Shown one piece after another: positions 37,277-49,165 of a stretch of 64,000 nucleotides of DNA. A program made the position numbers and the translations under genes. Numbering within the stretch: the stretch's first letter is position 1; each line of letters begins with the position of its first letter. Below the pieces are notes generated by a model. It made no database searches. It was not told the DNA's origin and saw nothing but the letters and a program-made list of their open reading frames with translations. Source of the stretch: Octopus sinensis (taxonomy: Eukaryota); the NCBI RefSeq assembly GCF_006345805.1, contig NC_043002.1, positions 110,298,001 to 110,362,000 of the forward strand, given 5' to 3'.

Positions 37277-39180
37277 TTAGCATAAATACCCATATATAAA
37301 CACAGATATAAACATATGGAAATATGCACGTAAATACACATCTACACAAATATAAGTGTATACATGCATACATATACATCCATGTACGTATGTGTACAAG
37401 TATAAACATACACGCTTACTTACACGTATACATACGAATTAATATGCATGCCAACAATACAGACAACCACATAAAAATATGTCTGGGTCCTCACGTATAT
37501 ATGCAAACAACTTTTTTTTTAAATTGCTGAGTGTATAATAATAAAATTCAGATAAAAGACATGCAAAATAGAACACCCTATATCGAATTATCTATAAATT
37601 AAACAATTATATGGGTTTATAAAATACAATAAAATGAAATAAAATAAAATAAAAATAGAATCTTAAACATGAAAATAATATATGCATATAACACTCGAAG
37701 GTATTTCTTAAGAAATATGTCGAAATATATACAATATCTTTGCGATGCGAAATAAATCTTGTATTATAAGATACAAATCCGACAGTGTGATTAAAAACTA
37801 GTTCAAGAATCAAAAGATATATACGATCCATATGGTATATTGTTAGTCGACATTTTGAATTTTGTTGCGTGTCTACAGGAATTCAAGAGTTCGCGTCTTT
37901 GATTCAAAGAATAAAATATAAAATTTTTATAAAGACTAAAATAGAAAATTTTTCCAACAGGCATAAATCTCATTTGAAGGGTCTTTTATGCGCACCGTGT
38001 CTGTAAGGTGAAGCTCTATCTAAATTTCTCCATGTCACGTTGAAAGGTCGGGTTTCGTTTCCTTTTAATTCCCAGACATATTTTGCCAGTGTCCTATTTT
38101 CGGGGTATCGGAAGGAATTACTATGAGAATAAAATTGGGTTTTGAAAGAATTTTCAGAAGCCCCTGTATAAGTTCTATATTCGTGTGAGCCTTCTATCTG
38201 CACTTTGGCTCTATACACGATTCCTTTTTCAGGCATTTTCCTTCCAACGGACAGGCGGTCCTATCTTTGCAATTGCAATTTTTAAGAAAAGAATCGGCTC
38301 TATGATTATTCGCAATTATCTTATTGTTGTGTTGGTTAATAAAAGAGGCGAAGTTTTTGCAGCAAGAACAGCTGATCTTAAGCCTTCTTCTATTAAATAT
38401 TCTATAAAATTTATGGTCAGGTTGAAAGTATCTAGAGACTAATTTTAAGAATTCCCTACCTATATTTGTTTTTACGGCCATATTGAAAGCTGGGTTAAAC
38501 CACTAAACCTTCCTAGTCCTAGTTCTACGTGTAGCATTACCGCTAGAATTAAATTGGTTATACTGGATCTTCTCAGAGAATCCACTATTCCTTAACGCGC
38601 TATTGTAATAAGATGTGGCATTTTAGAAAGCTGCCTCATCCGAAGAAACTGACGATATTCGTCTACCTACATTACTAACTAAGTTCCTGAGAATAACTGG
38701 CGGATGACTGGATTCTTCGCTAATATAAGACAGTTTATCATTAGACTTACGGTAAGGTTTGAATTTATCCGACTGTAGATCCCTATTTACATCTAAAAAA
38801 TCTACACTTTTCAGGTTAGTATCTATCGTAACACGTAAGCCTATCCTTTGGAAGAAAGCAATTAGATCCTTCCTAAGCTTGTTTTATTCATGGCTGTTTA
38901 AATTATGGGTGACTATAAGGCCGTCATCCCTATATAATCTTGCGTCTATAAACGGGAATTCTAGCTTTAGATTGTGCAAAATATAAGCCCCTATGAGCAC
39001 GCATAACTCAGTCCCATCGTATGCCCCTATCGGTACATCGAAAAGAGAATCCTCACTCTTTTTGACCCAGGTAGAATCCTTGTATATGTATGCATGTATA
39101 CACTTATATTTGTGTGGATGTGTATTTACGTGCATATTTCCATATGTTTATATATGTGATCTTATATGTGTATTTATGCT
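37277..39180 (-). mobile_element. 5'-truncated Penelope-like element (RT plus GIY-YIG), coding part about 37800-39080, with an inverted tail segment at the 5' junction
   Basis: FDVPIGAYDGTELCVLIG, LYRDDGL, VDFLDV, WFNP, CNCK..CPLEGKC, IVYRAKV..YTGASENSFKT, ELLNSCRH. Three in-frame stops (TAA, TAA, TAG) and a frameshift. 39083-39180 is the reverse complement of 37277-37377. Confidence 0.9.
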
Positions 39181-39539
39181 ATTTTTTTCACTTCTCTCCA
39201 ACACACAGTCTTTCTTCTCTCAGACCCTCAACCTCTATTATAAATACATACTCCCTCCCCCTCTCTCTCTCTCTCTTCTATCAGCCTCTCAATATACAGA
39301 CACACTTTCTTTCTTTACTTTTTTACTATTCTCCATCACCCCATTAAATTAAAAAAGAGAGAAATAAAATATCCATAAAAATGTCCAGAAACTGGTGGAG
39401 CATGGAATTAGCATTGTTTTTGACAGCCTGACACTGTGCAGAAGGAGATAACCCAAATAATATAATCACAGCTGTGCTGAAGAGCAATGGTTACACAAGA
39501 ACTTTAGCACAGATAGAATGAAAGAAGCAGGAGTTTCCA

Positions 39540-40927
39540 TGCTCCTATGCTCTCAACCGATCCCACATCAGCACTCTTGATCCCATCCTTGATAATGAAC
39601 ACAGCAAAGATGATAAGGATGGAGGCACAGATGAAGACGAAAGATGTTACCCCCACTTAGTAGACACTCAAGAAAACAAAGAAGATTCAAGCAAGAAACC
39701 TACCCAGAAAGTAAACCCAAATGCAAGTGCCCCTACCACCATCAAAGCGAAAAACCATGTAGGTGAAAGAGCCAAGAAAGAACAACTAAAAAGAGCAGAA
39801 ACAAAAGATAAAACAGCCAAAGAAAGAAGCGAACCTAACTGCCCATATAACAAAAAAGGATTAAAAGAGACAGCACACACGAATATGCAAATTTTACTTG
39901 AAAGGTGTCTGCTGGCATGGAGAAGGGGTGCAAGCTGTCATTTTGCCCATCAAAGACCCCACCACACAAACACGAAACAGGGTGGAAACCACCTGCCAAA
40001 AGGAAAGGACTACGCACCACCTGCCCCAAACGGAGGTATGCAGATGTAGTGCATGCTACAAACCAGTCTTATCAACATGCTGAAAGGGCAGCTGTTGAAC
40101 AACAATCTTTTTGTGCATGGCACAAAAGATTGTACAGTAGCTGACCTGGCTACTTCAAACTCACAGATGGGACTATCCCCACTACACAAGACTACCACAG
40201 CAAATAGACCCAAGGCGGGCACCACTGGCAACAACACAGCCATCACATCGGTGCTCTTACTGAACATCAGAGGACTGCTAACACTCAGTAACAGGACAAA
40301 AATCCCTTTCTTGAGAGACCTTGTTGCATACAATCAAGCCTTATGTATAGAAAGAAAGGAGTCATGGAGGAGTTGCTATGTACATCCATGAGGACTTCAC
40401 ACCCCAGGTCCTTTTGCCACACTCAAATTCAGTATGTGACACACTAATTGTACATATAAGACTCGATGTAGTTATATGTGCTACATATCGCCCTCCAGAT
40501 GCCCCAAGCCATGTAGGCAAGTTTGAAGACCTCCTTACAAAAATAGAAGGAATTCTAGTTACATTAGAGCAACACATAAGTGTACTTCTTATGGGAGACA
40601 TCAATCTGCCCGATGTCAGATGGCCTGAGGGCCTTTCTCTTCCAGGAATGGCACGATGTGAACAAGGATAGGTGAAGTCCCTCCTGAACCTCATCAACAC
40701 TTTGTACATGGAACAAATAGTACTCCAGCCAACCAGGGCATGTAACATACTGGATCTCTGCTTCCTAAATAATATGAATCTCATCCATAATGTGAAAGTG
40801 ACACTGACGTTACTCTCGGATCACAACATGGTAGAGCTCACCATGTACAAATCAAAGGAAACCATGGACATGCAGCCTACAAGTGACTCTCAAAATCTTT
40901 CCAGCTTGAAATTCCATAAAGCAAACT
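39540..40927 (+). mobile_element. 5' part of a CR1/L2-group LINE: ORF1 remnant and APE endonuclease
   Basis: LLNIRGL, ATYRPP, LMGDINLPDVRW, QPTRACNILDLCF and SDHNMV are APE motifs; stops and an internal deletion; truncated at a SINE C tail fragment (about 40937-41050). Confidence 0.85.
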
Positions 40928-41249
40928 AGAAACATAACTTAGCGGTTCGGCAAAAGAGACCAATAGAATAAGCTTGCAAAGAGGGTCATTTTGTTTTGAC
41001 TAAAGGCAGTGCTCCAGCATGACCACAGTCAATTGACTGAGACAAATAAAAGAATATATATATATATAATACACACACACATATTTGTATTATGTATATC
41101 TATCAATCTATCTAACCATCTATCTACATACATACATTCATGCATGCATGCATACATACATACATACATACATACATACATACATACATACATACAACAT
41201 ACATACACACACAGATAGATAATATGATGACTATGGATGACCGCTTTAA

Positions 41250-41445
41250 AACCTCCAGCTTCTATACCCAGAATATAAAATTACATTTATGCCAATAATT
41301 ATTGATGCTCTTGGTTTTATGAGTAAATGCCTAAGTGACAATCTGGATAAGCTGGGGTTTCCAGGAAAAGAAATCAACTAGCTAACCCTTGTAACCAGAA
41401 CACTAAAAATATGCAAGACTTTTCTCAAGTTCAACATGTGAATTT
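41250..41445 (+). mobile_element. R4/Dong-like LINE 3' end (third fragment)
   Basis: LQLLYPEYKITFMPIIIDALGF..LDKLGF..LKICKTFLKFNM*. Confidence 0.7.
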
Positions 41446-41474
41446 CAAATAATTAAAAGTAGAAGAGAATATAT

Positions 41475-41709
41475 ATTTCTTTACTACCCACAAGGGGCTA
41501 AACACAGAGGGGACAAACAAGGACAGACAAACGGATTAAGTCGATTACATCGATCCCAGTGCGTAACTGGTACTTAATTTATCGACCCCGAAAGGATGAA
41601 AGGCAAAGTCGACCTCGGCGGAATTTGAACTCAGAACGTAGCGACAGACGAAATACGGCTACGCATTTCGCCCGGCGTGCTAACGTTTCTGCCAGCTCAC
41701 CGCCTTTCG
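41475..41709 (-). mobile_element. SINE family D
   Basis: TSD TAGAAGAGAATATAT at 41460-41474 and 41710-41724. Confidence 0.9.
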
Positions 41710-42218
41710 TAGAAGAGAATATATGTGTGCATGCATGCGTGTGTGTGTGTGTGTGTGCATGTGCATACATGCATTCATAAGTGTGTGAGTGTGTCTATGT
41801 AGGTGTAGGGAGAGAGAAAAAATCATAGAAGCAAAAGAAAAATTAAAGTAATAAAACTGAACAACTTACGAATTGGCTGCTCCACTGAAAAGCTTGAAAC
41901 ACAAGGTAAGTACGAGGAAGACAAAATTGTACTGATACATTCTAATGAATAAGCTTTTACTTTAGTATAGTATTTTTTTTTGTCCAATTTGAATTATTCT
42001 ACTTCCCAAATTTACGTCTGACCATAAATCTGTCTCTCTCGTTAATCATGCTATACTGTCTGGTTCCCTTTCTTTGCCTCTCCCCATTCCCCCTCTCTCT
42101 CTATTTATATCATATAAACGTATACATATGTTTCCTTTCCTATGTTACTACTTATCTGTAAATAATGCAGATATTTCCTTAGGAAGTAAATACCTCTTGG
42201 ATTGTTTTCCCTTTGAAT

Positions 42219-42617
42219 ATAGGCGCAGGAGTGGCTGTGTGGTAAGTAGCTTGCTAACCAACCACATGATTCCGGGTTCAGTCCCACTGCGTGGCATCTT
42301 GGGCAAGTGTCTTCTGCTATAGCCCCGTGCTGACCAATGCCTTGTGAGTGGATTTGGTAGATGGAAACTGAAAGAAGCCTGTCGTATATATGTGTATATA
42401 TATATATGTGTGTATATGTGTTGTGTGTCTGTGTTTGTCCCCCTAGCATTGCTTGACAACCGATGCTGGTGTGTTTACGTCCCCCGTCACTTAGCGGTTC
42501 GGCAAAAGAGACCGATAGAATAAGTACTGGGCTTACAAATAATAAGTCCCGGGGTCGATTTGCTCGACTAAAGGCGGTGCTCCAGCATGGCCAGTAAAAG
42601 AGTAAAGAGTAAGAGAG
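42219..42617 (+). mobile_element. SINE family C
   Basis: Full head through to the tail. Confidence 0.9.
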
Positions 42618-43112
42618 AGAATCAATTTGTCGTCTTTTTAAATATTTTCATGCAGGTGAAGTGATTGTGAATTTTCTTGTTTTCCCTCAATTAAATCTTG
42701 GTTAATCCTCAGTGAAATATATAGATAAATATGCCTAATTGCAAATTCGAAGAACGCCGATTTCACCAGAACGTCTGCTACCATTTATTTATAGACATTG
42801 ATATATTATTTCATTTCTTACATAACAACCATCAAGTATAACCAAAAACTTAATGTAAAACTAAAAATGTTTTTGAGTGCAACAATGCCTACCACTTGCA
42901 GAGTGCCCTGAGAGAAATGAGCATTCTCGGTGTAAGTATAAAATGATTGGATAATTTTCACTTATAAACAGCCCCATGCTGTTAATTACAAGAAAGTGAA
43001 TAGCAAAATATATTTATGCTGACGGATATTTTTAAGAAAACTTTGCCAATCAACAGAGGACATTAATCTATTTGGTTCATCTAATACAACTGTTTGTACC
43101 AATATATATTTC

Positions 43113-43308
43113 TGTGCAGGTGGCACGTAAAAAGCACCCACTACACTCGCGGAGTGGTTGACGTTAGGAAGGGCATCCAGCTGTAGAAACACTGCCAGAT
43201 CAGACTGGAGCCTAGTGCAGCCCTGGCTTCCCAGACCCTGGTCGAACCGTCCAACCCGTGCTAGCGTGGAAAACAGACGTTAAACGATGATGATGATGAT
43301 GATGATGA
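43113..43308 (+). mobile_element. RTE 3'UTR terminal fragment
   Basis: One repeat unit plus the terminal segment and (GAT)n. Confidence 0.85.
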
Positions 43309-43507
43309 TTTTTGGATAAGTAATGACTTTTAGGCTGGTATCACCAGACTTAGAATTTTGTAGAAATCTGTCGCTCCTTGGACTTTCAGTATCTGAACTA
43401 AAATAAGCTTTTGATGTGGAATATATTCAAAGGAATATTTCAAAATCAATAAGTCAAGAAGTCAAAAAGATTTGTAGTAAAAGCAGAGACTGTAATGCCC
43501 TTATATA

Positions 43508-44480
43508 TCAGTTCATCCCAGAAGTTCTGTCTGATTTTACCTTTTTTAAAATTGAATGAAATTTAATAGTATTTTAGAATGTCTAGTGCAATTAAAAAAT
43601 TATTTTTATGCATTTGTGTACATTTAAACTAATTAAATATTTTTTTACAGAATAATAGAATTAAAATTTCTTTGATTAAAACCCTTTCTAGCATGGAAGT
43701 ATCCAAAGAGCATTTAAGGCTTTATGAGTACAAAAAAAGGAAACTGCAGCTGAAGCTACTCGAAACATACACTCAGTTTATGGGAAACAATGCTTGAATG
43801 AAAGAACTTGCAGAAGATGGTTTGCAAAATTCAGAAGTGGAGATTTCAGCCTTGAAGATGAAGATCAAACAGGACGTCCAGTTGAGTTTGATGATAAGCT
43901 CCTTGAGGCATTACTTGAAGAAAATTCTGCATTATCAGTTGAAGAATTGGCAATAAAGCTTAGTTCAAACCATACAACTGTTCATTGTCATCTTCAACAA
44001 CTTGGAAAGGTTCCTAAACTTGACAAATGGGTGCCTCATGAATTGTCTGAATTGATGGAGTGAAGAAAAAAAGACCCGCTTTACTGAATCGAAAAGGAGT
44101 GATATTTCATCAGGACAATGCACGACCCCACACTGCAAAGATCACATCACAGAAGATCGAAGAGCTTGGTTTGAAAAAATTCCTCATCCACCTTATTCTT
44201 CCGACCTTGCTCCTTCAAACTACCATTTGTTTCATAGTTTACAGAATCATTTGGGGGACATAACTTTCGCAAGCCAGGAGGATATCGAAACTGACATTTC
44301 AGAGTTCTTTGCTTTGAAACCAAAAGATTTTTACATTGATGGGTTTAAAAAGCTTGTAAATAGATGGAAGGAAGTCATAGATAATCAGGGAAAGTACATT
44401 GATGATTAAATTTCAATTAAATATAACATTTGATCACTTGTTTTCTTTATTCAAAATTCGGACAGAACTTATGGGATGAC

Positions 44481-44484
<4 letters not shown>
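43508..44484 (+). mobile_element. Internally deleted mariner with both TIRs
   Basis: TA|TCAGTTCATCCCAGAAGTTCTGTC ... GACAGAACTTATGGGATGACCTGA|TA. Motifs CRRWFAKFRSG, WVPHEL, FHQDNARPH and HPPYSSDLAPSNYHLF; the first catalytic-D region is deleted. Confidence 0.92.
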
Positions 44485-44522
<38 letters not shown>

Positions 44523-44526
<4 letters not shown>

Positions 44527-45231
44527 CGAGCAAAACGCCCCCTGTCCAATGGACGGTGCTAGGTTGTCAAACATTTAAACCAAATTTTCTCAAAACAACT
44601 TGTCTGACCGTCCCATAAGCCTCCCCTTTGAGAAACACTGATTTAACCTAAATTTGGGACACCAGCAAAAGAAATAAAGATAGACTTTTTTCGATTCCAA
44701 AGAAAAACGATTTTATTCACACAAATATGCAACCAAAGTGTTTAAAGTACCAGTAATGATAAGGATGTTGACTGGGAGAACACAAACATGGTTTAAACAG
44801 TAAGCTTGGCAGGAAAGAAACGTGCCTTTAAGCTGTACAAAAACAACAAAAAATGGAAGGTACAGTTATGTAAAGGTTGATGGAAGAAAATCAGGACAAA
44901 AATGATGCCTTCAAATAGGTTAGCTGGAGGTAAATCTAGATAGAAAAGCATGATGAATTCATGAGAACGTACCTGGGACAATAATAAGTTTATCCGATAA
45001 AACATGTAGGAAATCAACTTGGGTGAATTTTGATGAAAAGCAACAACCTAGGGAACAGCTTTATCGATTACATTCTCACCTGAAATCGATTTTTGTAATG
45101 TTTTCAAGACTTATACATGCCCTGATACCGTCAGTATCTACATATCAAATTTGAGTGCAATCAGGTGGAGGATGCCCCGAGATCCTAGAAGACACACGCA
45201 CAGACAGACAGAATGGATTTTATATAATAGA
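44523..45231 (+). mobile_element. Possible non-autonomous Helentron/HINE-like element
   Basis: Ends GACAGACAGA..TTTTATATAATAGAT, the same end style as 49329-49489; no ORF. Confidence 0.4.
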
Positions 45232-45239
45232 TTCATGCC

Positions 45240-46110
45240 AGTGGAATGTTAAAAGCACCATCCAACCATTGTTGCCAGGGCTGCTGACTAACCCCTGTAC
45301 CGGTGGCACGTAAAAAGCACCATTCGAGCATGATTGTTGCCAGCGTCACCTTACTAGCACATGGAAAGCAACAGTCAAGAGTGTTCATTGTGAGTGCCAC
45401 CAGACTGGCTCCTGTGTAGGTGGCACATAAAAAACACCTTTTAGCGTGGTCGTTGCCAGTACTGATGGCTGCCGTGTACTGTCTTCTTTTAATAAAACTT
45501 TAGTCTTTGCTAGTCTTATGATGGTAGAAATAGGCAGGAGATCTCCATACAGCTGGTTCTTGGTGGAATGAATTCTCCAAGATATGTTTAAGACTGCTCC
45601 TCTCATTTGGGTACAAGTTCTATCTGACTTGGATACAACCATATGACAGTCTACCTTAGTAACAAGTCCCTCTGTTGGATTTGCTTTGCGTAGTTCCTCT
45701 TTCTTCCATATATTTTCCACTTTCAATGATTTCTAAGTCTCTTTCTTCTCACCATCAATGAAGGTATGTGCACTGTTACCATTTTGATCTCACCTTTCCT
45801 CAACAAAATCTTGATTCACACCGAGGCTCTATTTTGTAATCCAGAACACCACACACTTCTGATCTTTTCAATGAAGAACAATGACACATGTGCAAAATTA
45901 CTTCTCTTCTAGCAGCATCATGTTGCTTTTTGCTGTTATCTTTCTTCCATTCCTTTGAGGTCAATCTTTTTGCTTTTATGGCTTTATCCACTGTTGTACT
46001 TCACTTCCATGTTACCTTTCCTCCAACTGGAACCTTACTCCAGCTACAGATCTGTCTGTGGCTTGCAGCGGGTTCTTTTGTGAAAACTCTCATTTGTCTA
46101 TGTTACAGGT
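45240..46110. mobile_element. Scrambled RTE fragments (3'UTR units plus minus-strand ORF pieces)
   Basis: DKAIKAKR..KEWK..AARRE (45800-45991, minus) matches the RTE region at 46390-46480; LNISWRIH..QLYGDL matches the second RTE family. Confidence 0.6.
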
Positions 46111-46789
46111 CTCTATCTCCTCTTCTTCATAATATAACATACTAGCAGTATCGCCTGGCGTTGCTCGGGTTTGTAAGGGAAATAACTATATAAGTATTTT
46201 TAGAGAGTTATAGCCAAAAGATAGCAAAAAAATGCATTAAAAATGGAAAAAAAATGATGGTAAAATTTTTTTTTAAATCGTTGACTCATCGTAGACATTT
46301 TTAGTGAGTTACTTCCCTTATATAATAGCGAAAAAAATGCATTAAAAATGGGAAAAAATGATGGTAAATTTCTTTTTAAATCGACAAAAGAAACAGGCTT
46401 GGAAGGACTGGAAGAACGGTGGTAGCAGGGAAGTGTATCAGACTGCAAGAAGGGAAGCTAGGAGGCAGGTTTATTTAGCCAGAGGGGAAGCAGATAGGAA
46501 AAAATTTGCCAATGTCCTGCGCCGTGAGGATGAAAAACTTGAGGTATTTCGTATAGCAAGACAGTGTGTGAGAGAGAATCGTAACGTGGTAGGAGAAAAA
46601 TGTGTTCGCACGGATGACGGCTCACTTGCGCTAAATGAGGATGCAAAGAGAGAGGTTTGGAGTAGCCACTATGAAAGGTTGCTGAATGAGGAAAATGAAT
46701 GGGATAAAGAGAGTCTGCCGAATGTTGACCCAACAGAGGGACCAGCAATCTGAGTTGACAGTTCCTTAGTAGATAAGGCAATTAAAAGC

Positions 46790-48409
46790 ATGAAAACAGG
46801 GAAAGCCCCAGGCCCATCAGGAATTACTGCAGAGATGCTCAAAATATCTGGTAGTGTCGGCTATAGCCTAGTCACCAGTATAGTTAACCAGGTGATACAC
46901 GAAGGAGTCATTCCCAATGACTGGTGTAGCAGCATAATAGTCAGCTGCTACAAAGGTAAAGGTGACGCCCTAGATACAAATAACTACAGGGGTATCAAGC
47001 TGCTGGATCAGGTAATGAAGGTTACGGAGAGGGTTATAGCCCAACTAATTAGAGAGAGAGTTAGCCTAGATCAGATGCAGTTTGGGTTCGTGCCAGGGAA
47101 AAGTACTACTGATGCTATTTTCATGGTAAGACAGCTGCAAGAGAAATACCTAGCCAAAGACAAGCCCCTATACCTGGCTTTTGTTGAAATGGAGAAAGCC
47201 TTCGACAGGGTCCCCCGATCCCTCATCTGGTGGTCAATGAGGAAACTAGGGATAGAGGAATGGTTAGTGAGAGCTGTACAAGCCATGTACAGAGACGCTG
47301 CTAGTAAGGTGAGGGTTGGCACCGAGTACAGTGAAGAATTCAGGGTAGAGGTTGGGGTCCACCAAGGTTCAGTCCTCAGTCCCCTCCTATTTATCATAGT
47401 CCTCCAGGCAATAACGGAGGAATTCAAGACAGGATGCCCCTGGGAGCTCCTCTATGCTGATGACCTTGCTCTAATTGCTGAGTCTCAATCAGAACTAGAG
47501 GAGAAGTTTCTGGTATGGAAACAAGGTTTAGAATCGAAGGGCCTTAGAATCAACCTAGCCAAAACCAAAGTCCTAATAAGTAGGAAGGTAGACCAATCAC
47601 AAACGCCTTCAGGTAGATGGCCCTGCTCGATCTGTAGAAAAGGTGTAGGTAGAAACTCTATAAGATGCACCAAGTGTAAGCTATGGACACATAAGAGGTG
47701 CAGCAATGTCAAAGGAAGGCTAACTAGGAAGATGGTTTTTGTATGTGGCAGATGCTCAGGAACAATTAACACTGAAAATGCTCTGAGACCAACTTCCGTC
47801 ACTTTCCAGGGAGAAAAGCTAGAAGTAGTTGATAGTTTCCGTTACCTAGGTGACCAAGTCAGTAGCGGGGGCGGGTGCGCTGAAAGTATAACTGCTAGAG
47901 TAAGAATAGCCTGGGCAAAGTTTAGAGAGCTCTTACCCCTGCTGGTGACAAAAGGCCTCTCGCTCAAAGTAAAAGGCAGACTGTATGATGCATGTGTACG
48001 TACAGCCATGCTACATGGTAGTGAAACTTGGGCTGTGACTGCTGAGGATTTGCGTAAGCTCGCAAGAAATGAAGCTAGTATGCTCCAATGGATGTGTAAC
48101 GTCAGTGTTCATAATCGACAGAGTGTAAGTACCTTGAGAGAAAAGTTGAACCTAAGAAGCATCAGTTGTTGTGTGCAAGAGAGACGTATGCGCTGGTATG
48201 GTCATGTGATGAGAATGGGTGAAGATAGTTGTGTGCGAAAGTGCCACACCCTGGCAGTTGAGGGGACCTGTGGAAGAGGTAGACCCAGGAAAACCTGGGT
48301 CGAGGCGGTGAAGCACGACCTTCGAACTTTAGGTCTCACCAAGGAAATGACCAGTGACCGAGACCTTTGGAGGTATGCTGTGCGTGAGAAAACCCGGCAA
48401 GACCAGTGA
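46790..48409 (+). CDS. RTE reverse transcriptase region (539 aa open) with a Cys-rich PHD-like finger
   Basis: KAPGPSGI, YRGIKLL, QFGFVPGKSTTDAIF, EKAFDRV, GVHQGSVLSPLLF, YADD, CSICRKGVGRNSIRCTKC..HKRC..CGRC, FRYLG. Confidence 0.9.
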   Translation: MKTGKAPGPSGITAEMLKISGSVGYSLVTSIVNQVIHEGVIPNDWCSSIIVSCYKGKGDALDTNNYRGIKLLDQVMKVTERVIAQLIRERVSLDQMQFGFVPGKSTTDAIFMVRQLQEKYLAKDKPLYLAFVEMEKAFDRVPRSLIWWSMRKLGIEEWLVRAVQAMYRDAASKVRVGTEYSEEFRVEVGVHQGSVLSPLLFIIVLQAITEEFKTGCPWELLYADDLALIAESQSELEEKFLVWKQGLESKGLRINLAKTKVLISRKVDQSQTPSGRWPCSICRKGVGRNSIRCTKCKLWTHKRCSNVKGRLTRKMVFVCGRCSGTINTENALRPTSVTFQGEKLEVVDSFRYLGDQVSSGGGCAESITARVRIAWAKFRELLPLLVTKGLSLKVKGRLYDACVRTAMLHGSETWAVTAEDLRKLARNEASMLQWMCNVSVHNRQSVSTLREKLNLRSISCCVQERRMRWYGHVMRMGEDSCVRKCHTLAVEGTCGRGRPRKTWVEAVKHDLRTLGLTKEMTSDRDLWRYAVREKTRQDQ

Positions 48410-48454
48410 GAACAGTCAAAATCAAGATCAAACCAAATTGAGGTTGATCAACAT

Positions 48455-49165
48455 CAGGGCCCCCGTGCAGGTGACACGTAAAAGTACCATCCGTTCGTAG
48501 CCGTTTGCCAGCCCTGTCTGGCCCCCATGTCGGTGGCACGTAAAAGCACCATCCGTTCGTGTTCGTTGCCAGCCTGGCCTGGCCCCCGTGCCGGTGACAC
48601 GTAAAAGCACCATCCGTTTGTGGCCGTTTGCCAGCTCTGTCTGGCCCCCGTGCCGGTGACACGTAAAAGCACCATCCGTTTGTGGCCATTTGCCAGCCCT
48701 GTCTGGCCCACATGTCAGTGACATGTAAAAGCACCATCTGTTCATGTCCGTTTGCCAGCCCTGTCTGGCCCCCATGTCGGTGACACGTAAAAGCACCATC
48801 CGTTCGTGTCCGTTGCCAGCCTCGCCTGGCCCCCGTGCCGGTGACACGTAAGAGCACCATCCGTTCATGGCCGTTTGCCAGCCCTGTCTGGCCCCCGTGT
48901 CGGTGGCATGTAAAAGCACCATCTGTTCGTGGCCGTTTGCCAGCTCTGTCTGGCCCCCGTGCCGGTGACACGTAAAAGCACCATCCGTTCGTGGCCGTTT
49001 GCCAGCCTATTATGCTGCTACACCAGTCATTGGGAATGACTCCTTCGTGCCCGTTGCCAGCCTCACCTGGCCCCGTGCCGGTGACATGTAAAAGCACCAT
49101 CCGTCCGTGGCCGTTTGCCAGCTCTGTCTGGCACCTGTGCGGGTGGCATGTAAAAAGCACCCACT
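48455..49165 (+). repeat. About 61-bp tandem array (11 intact cores plus one replaced) in the RTE 3'UTR
   Basis: The core GGTGRCACGTAAAAGCACCATCCG recurs about every 60-63 bp. Confidence 0.92.

Noticed and set aside
37800-39080. Selenocysteine recoding in the Penelope-like ORF
   Set aside because: The interrupting stops read here are TAA, TAA and TAG, not TGA, and the linker Cys codons are ordinary.
48455-49165. CRISPR-like repeat-spacer array
   Set aside because: The linkers are homologous to one another and the array is a LINE 3'UTR; only one foreign insert is present.
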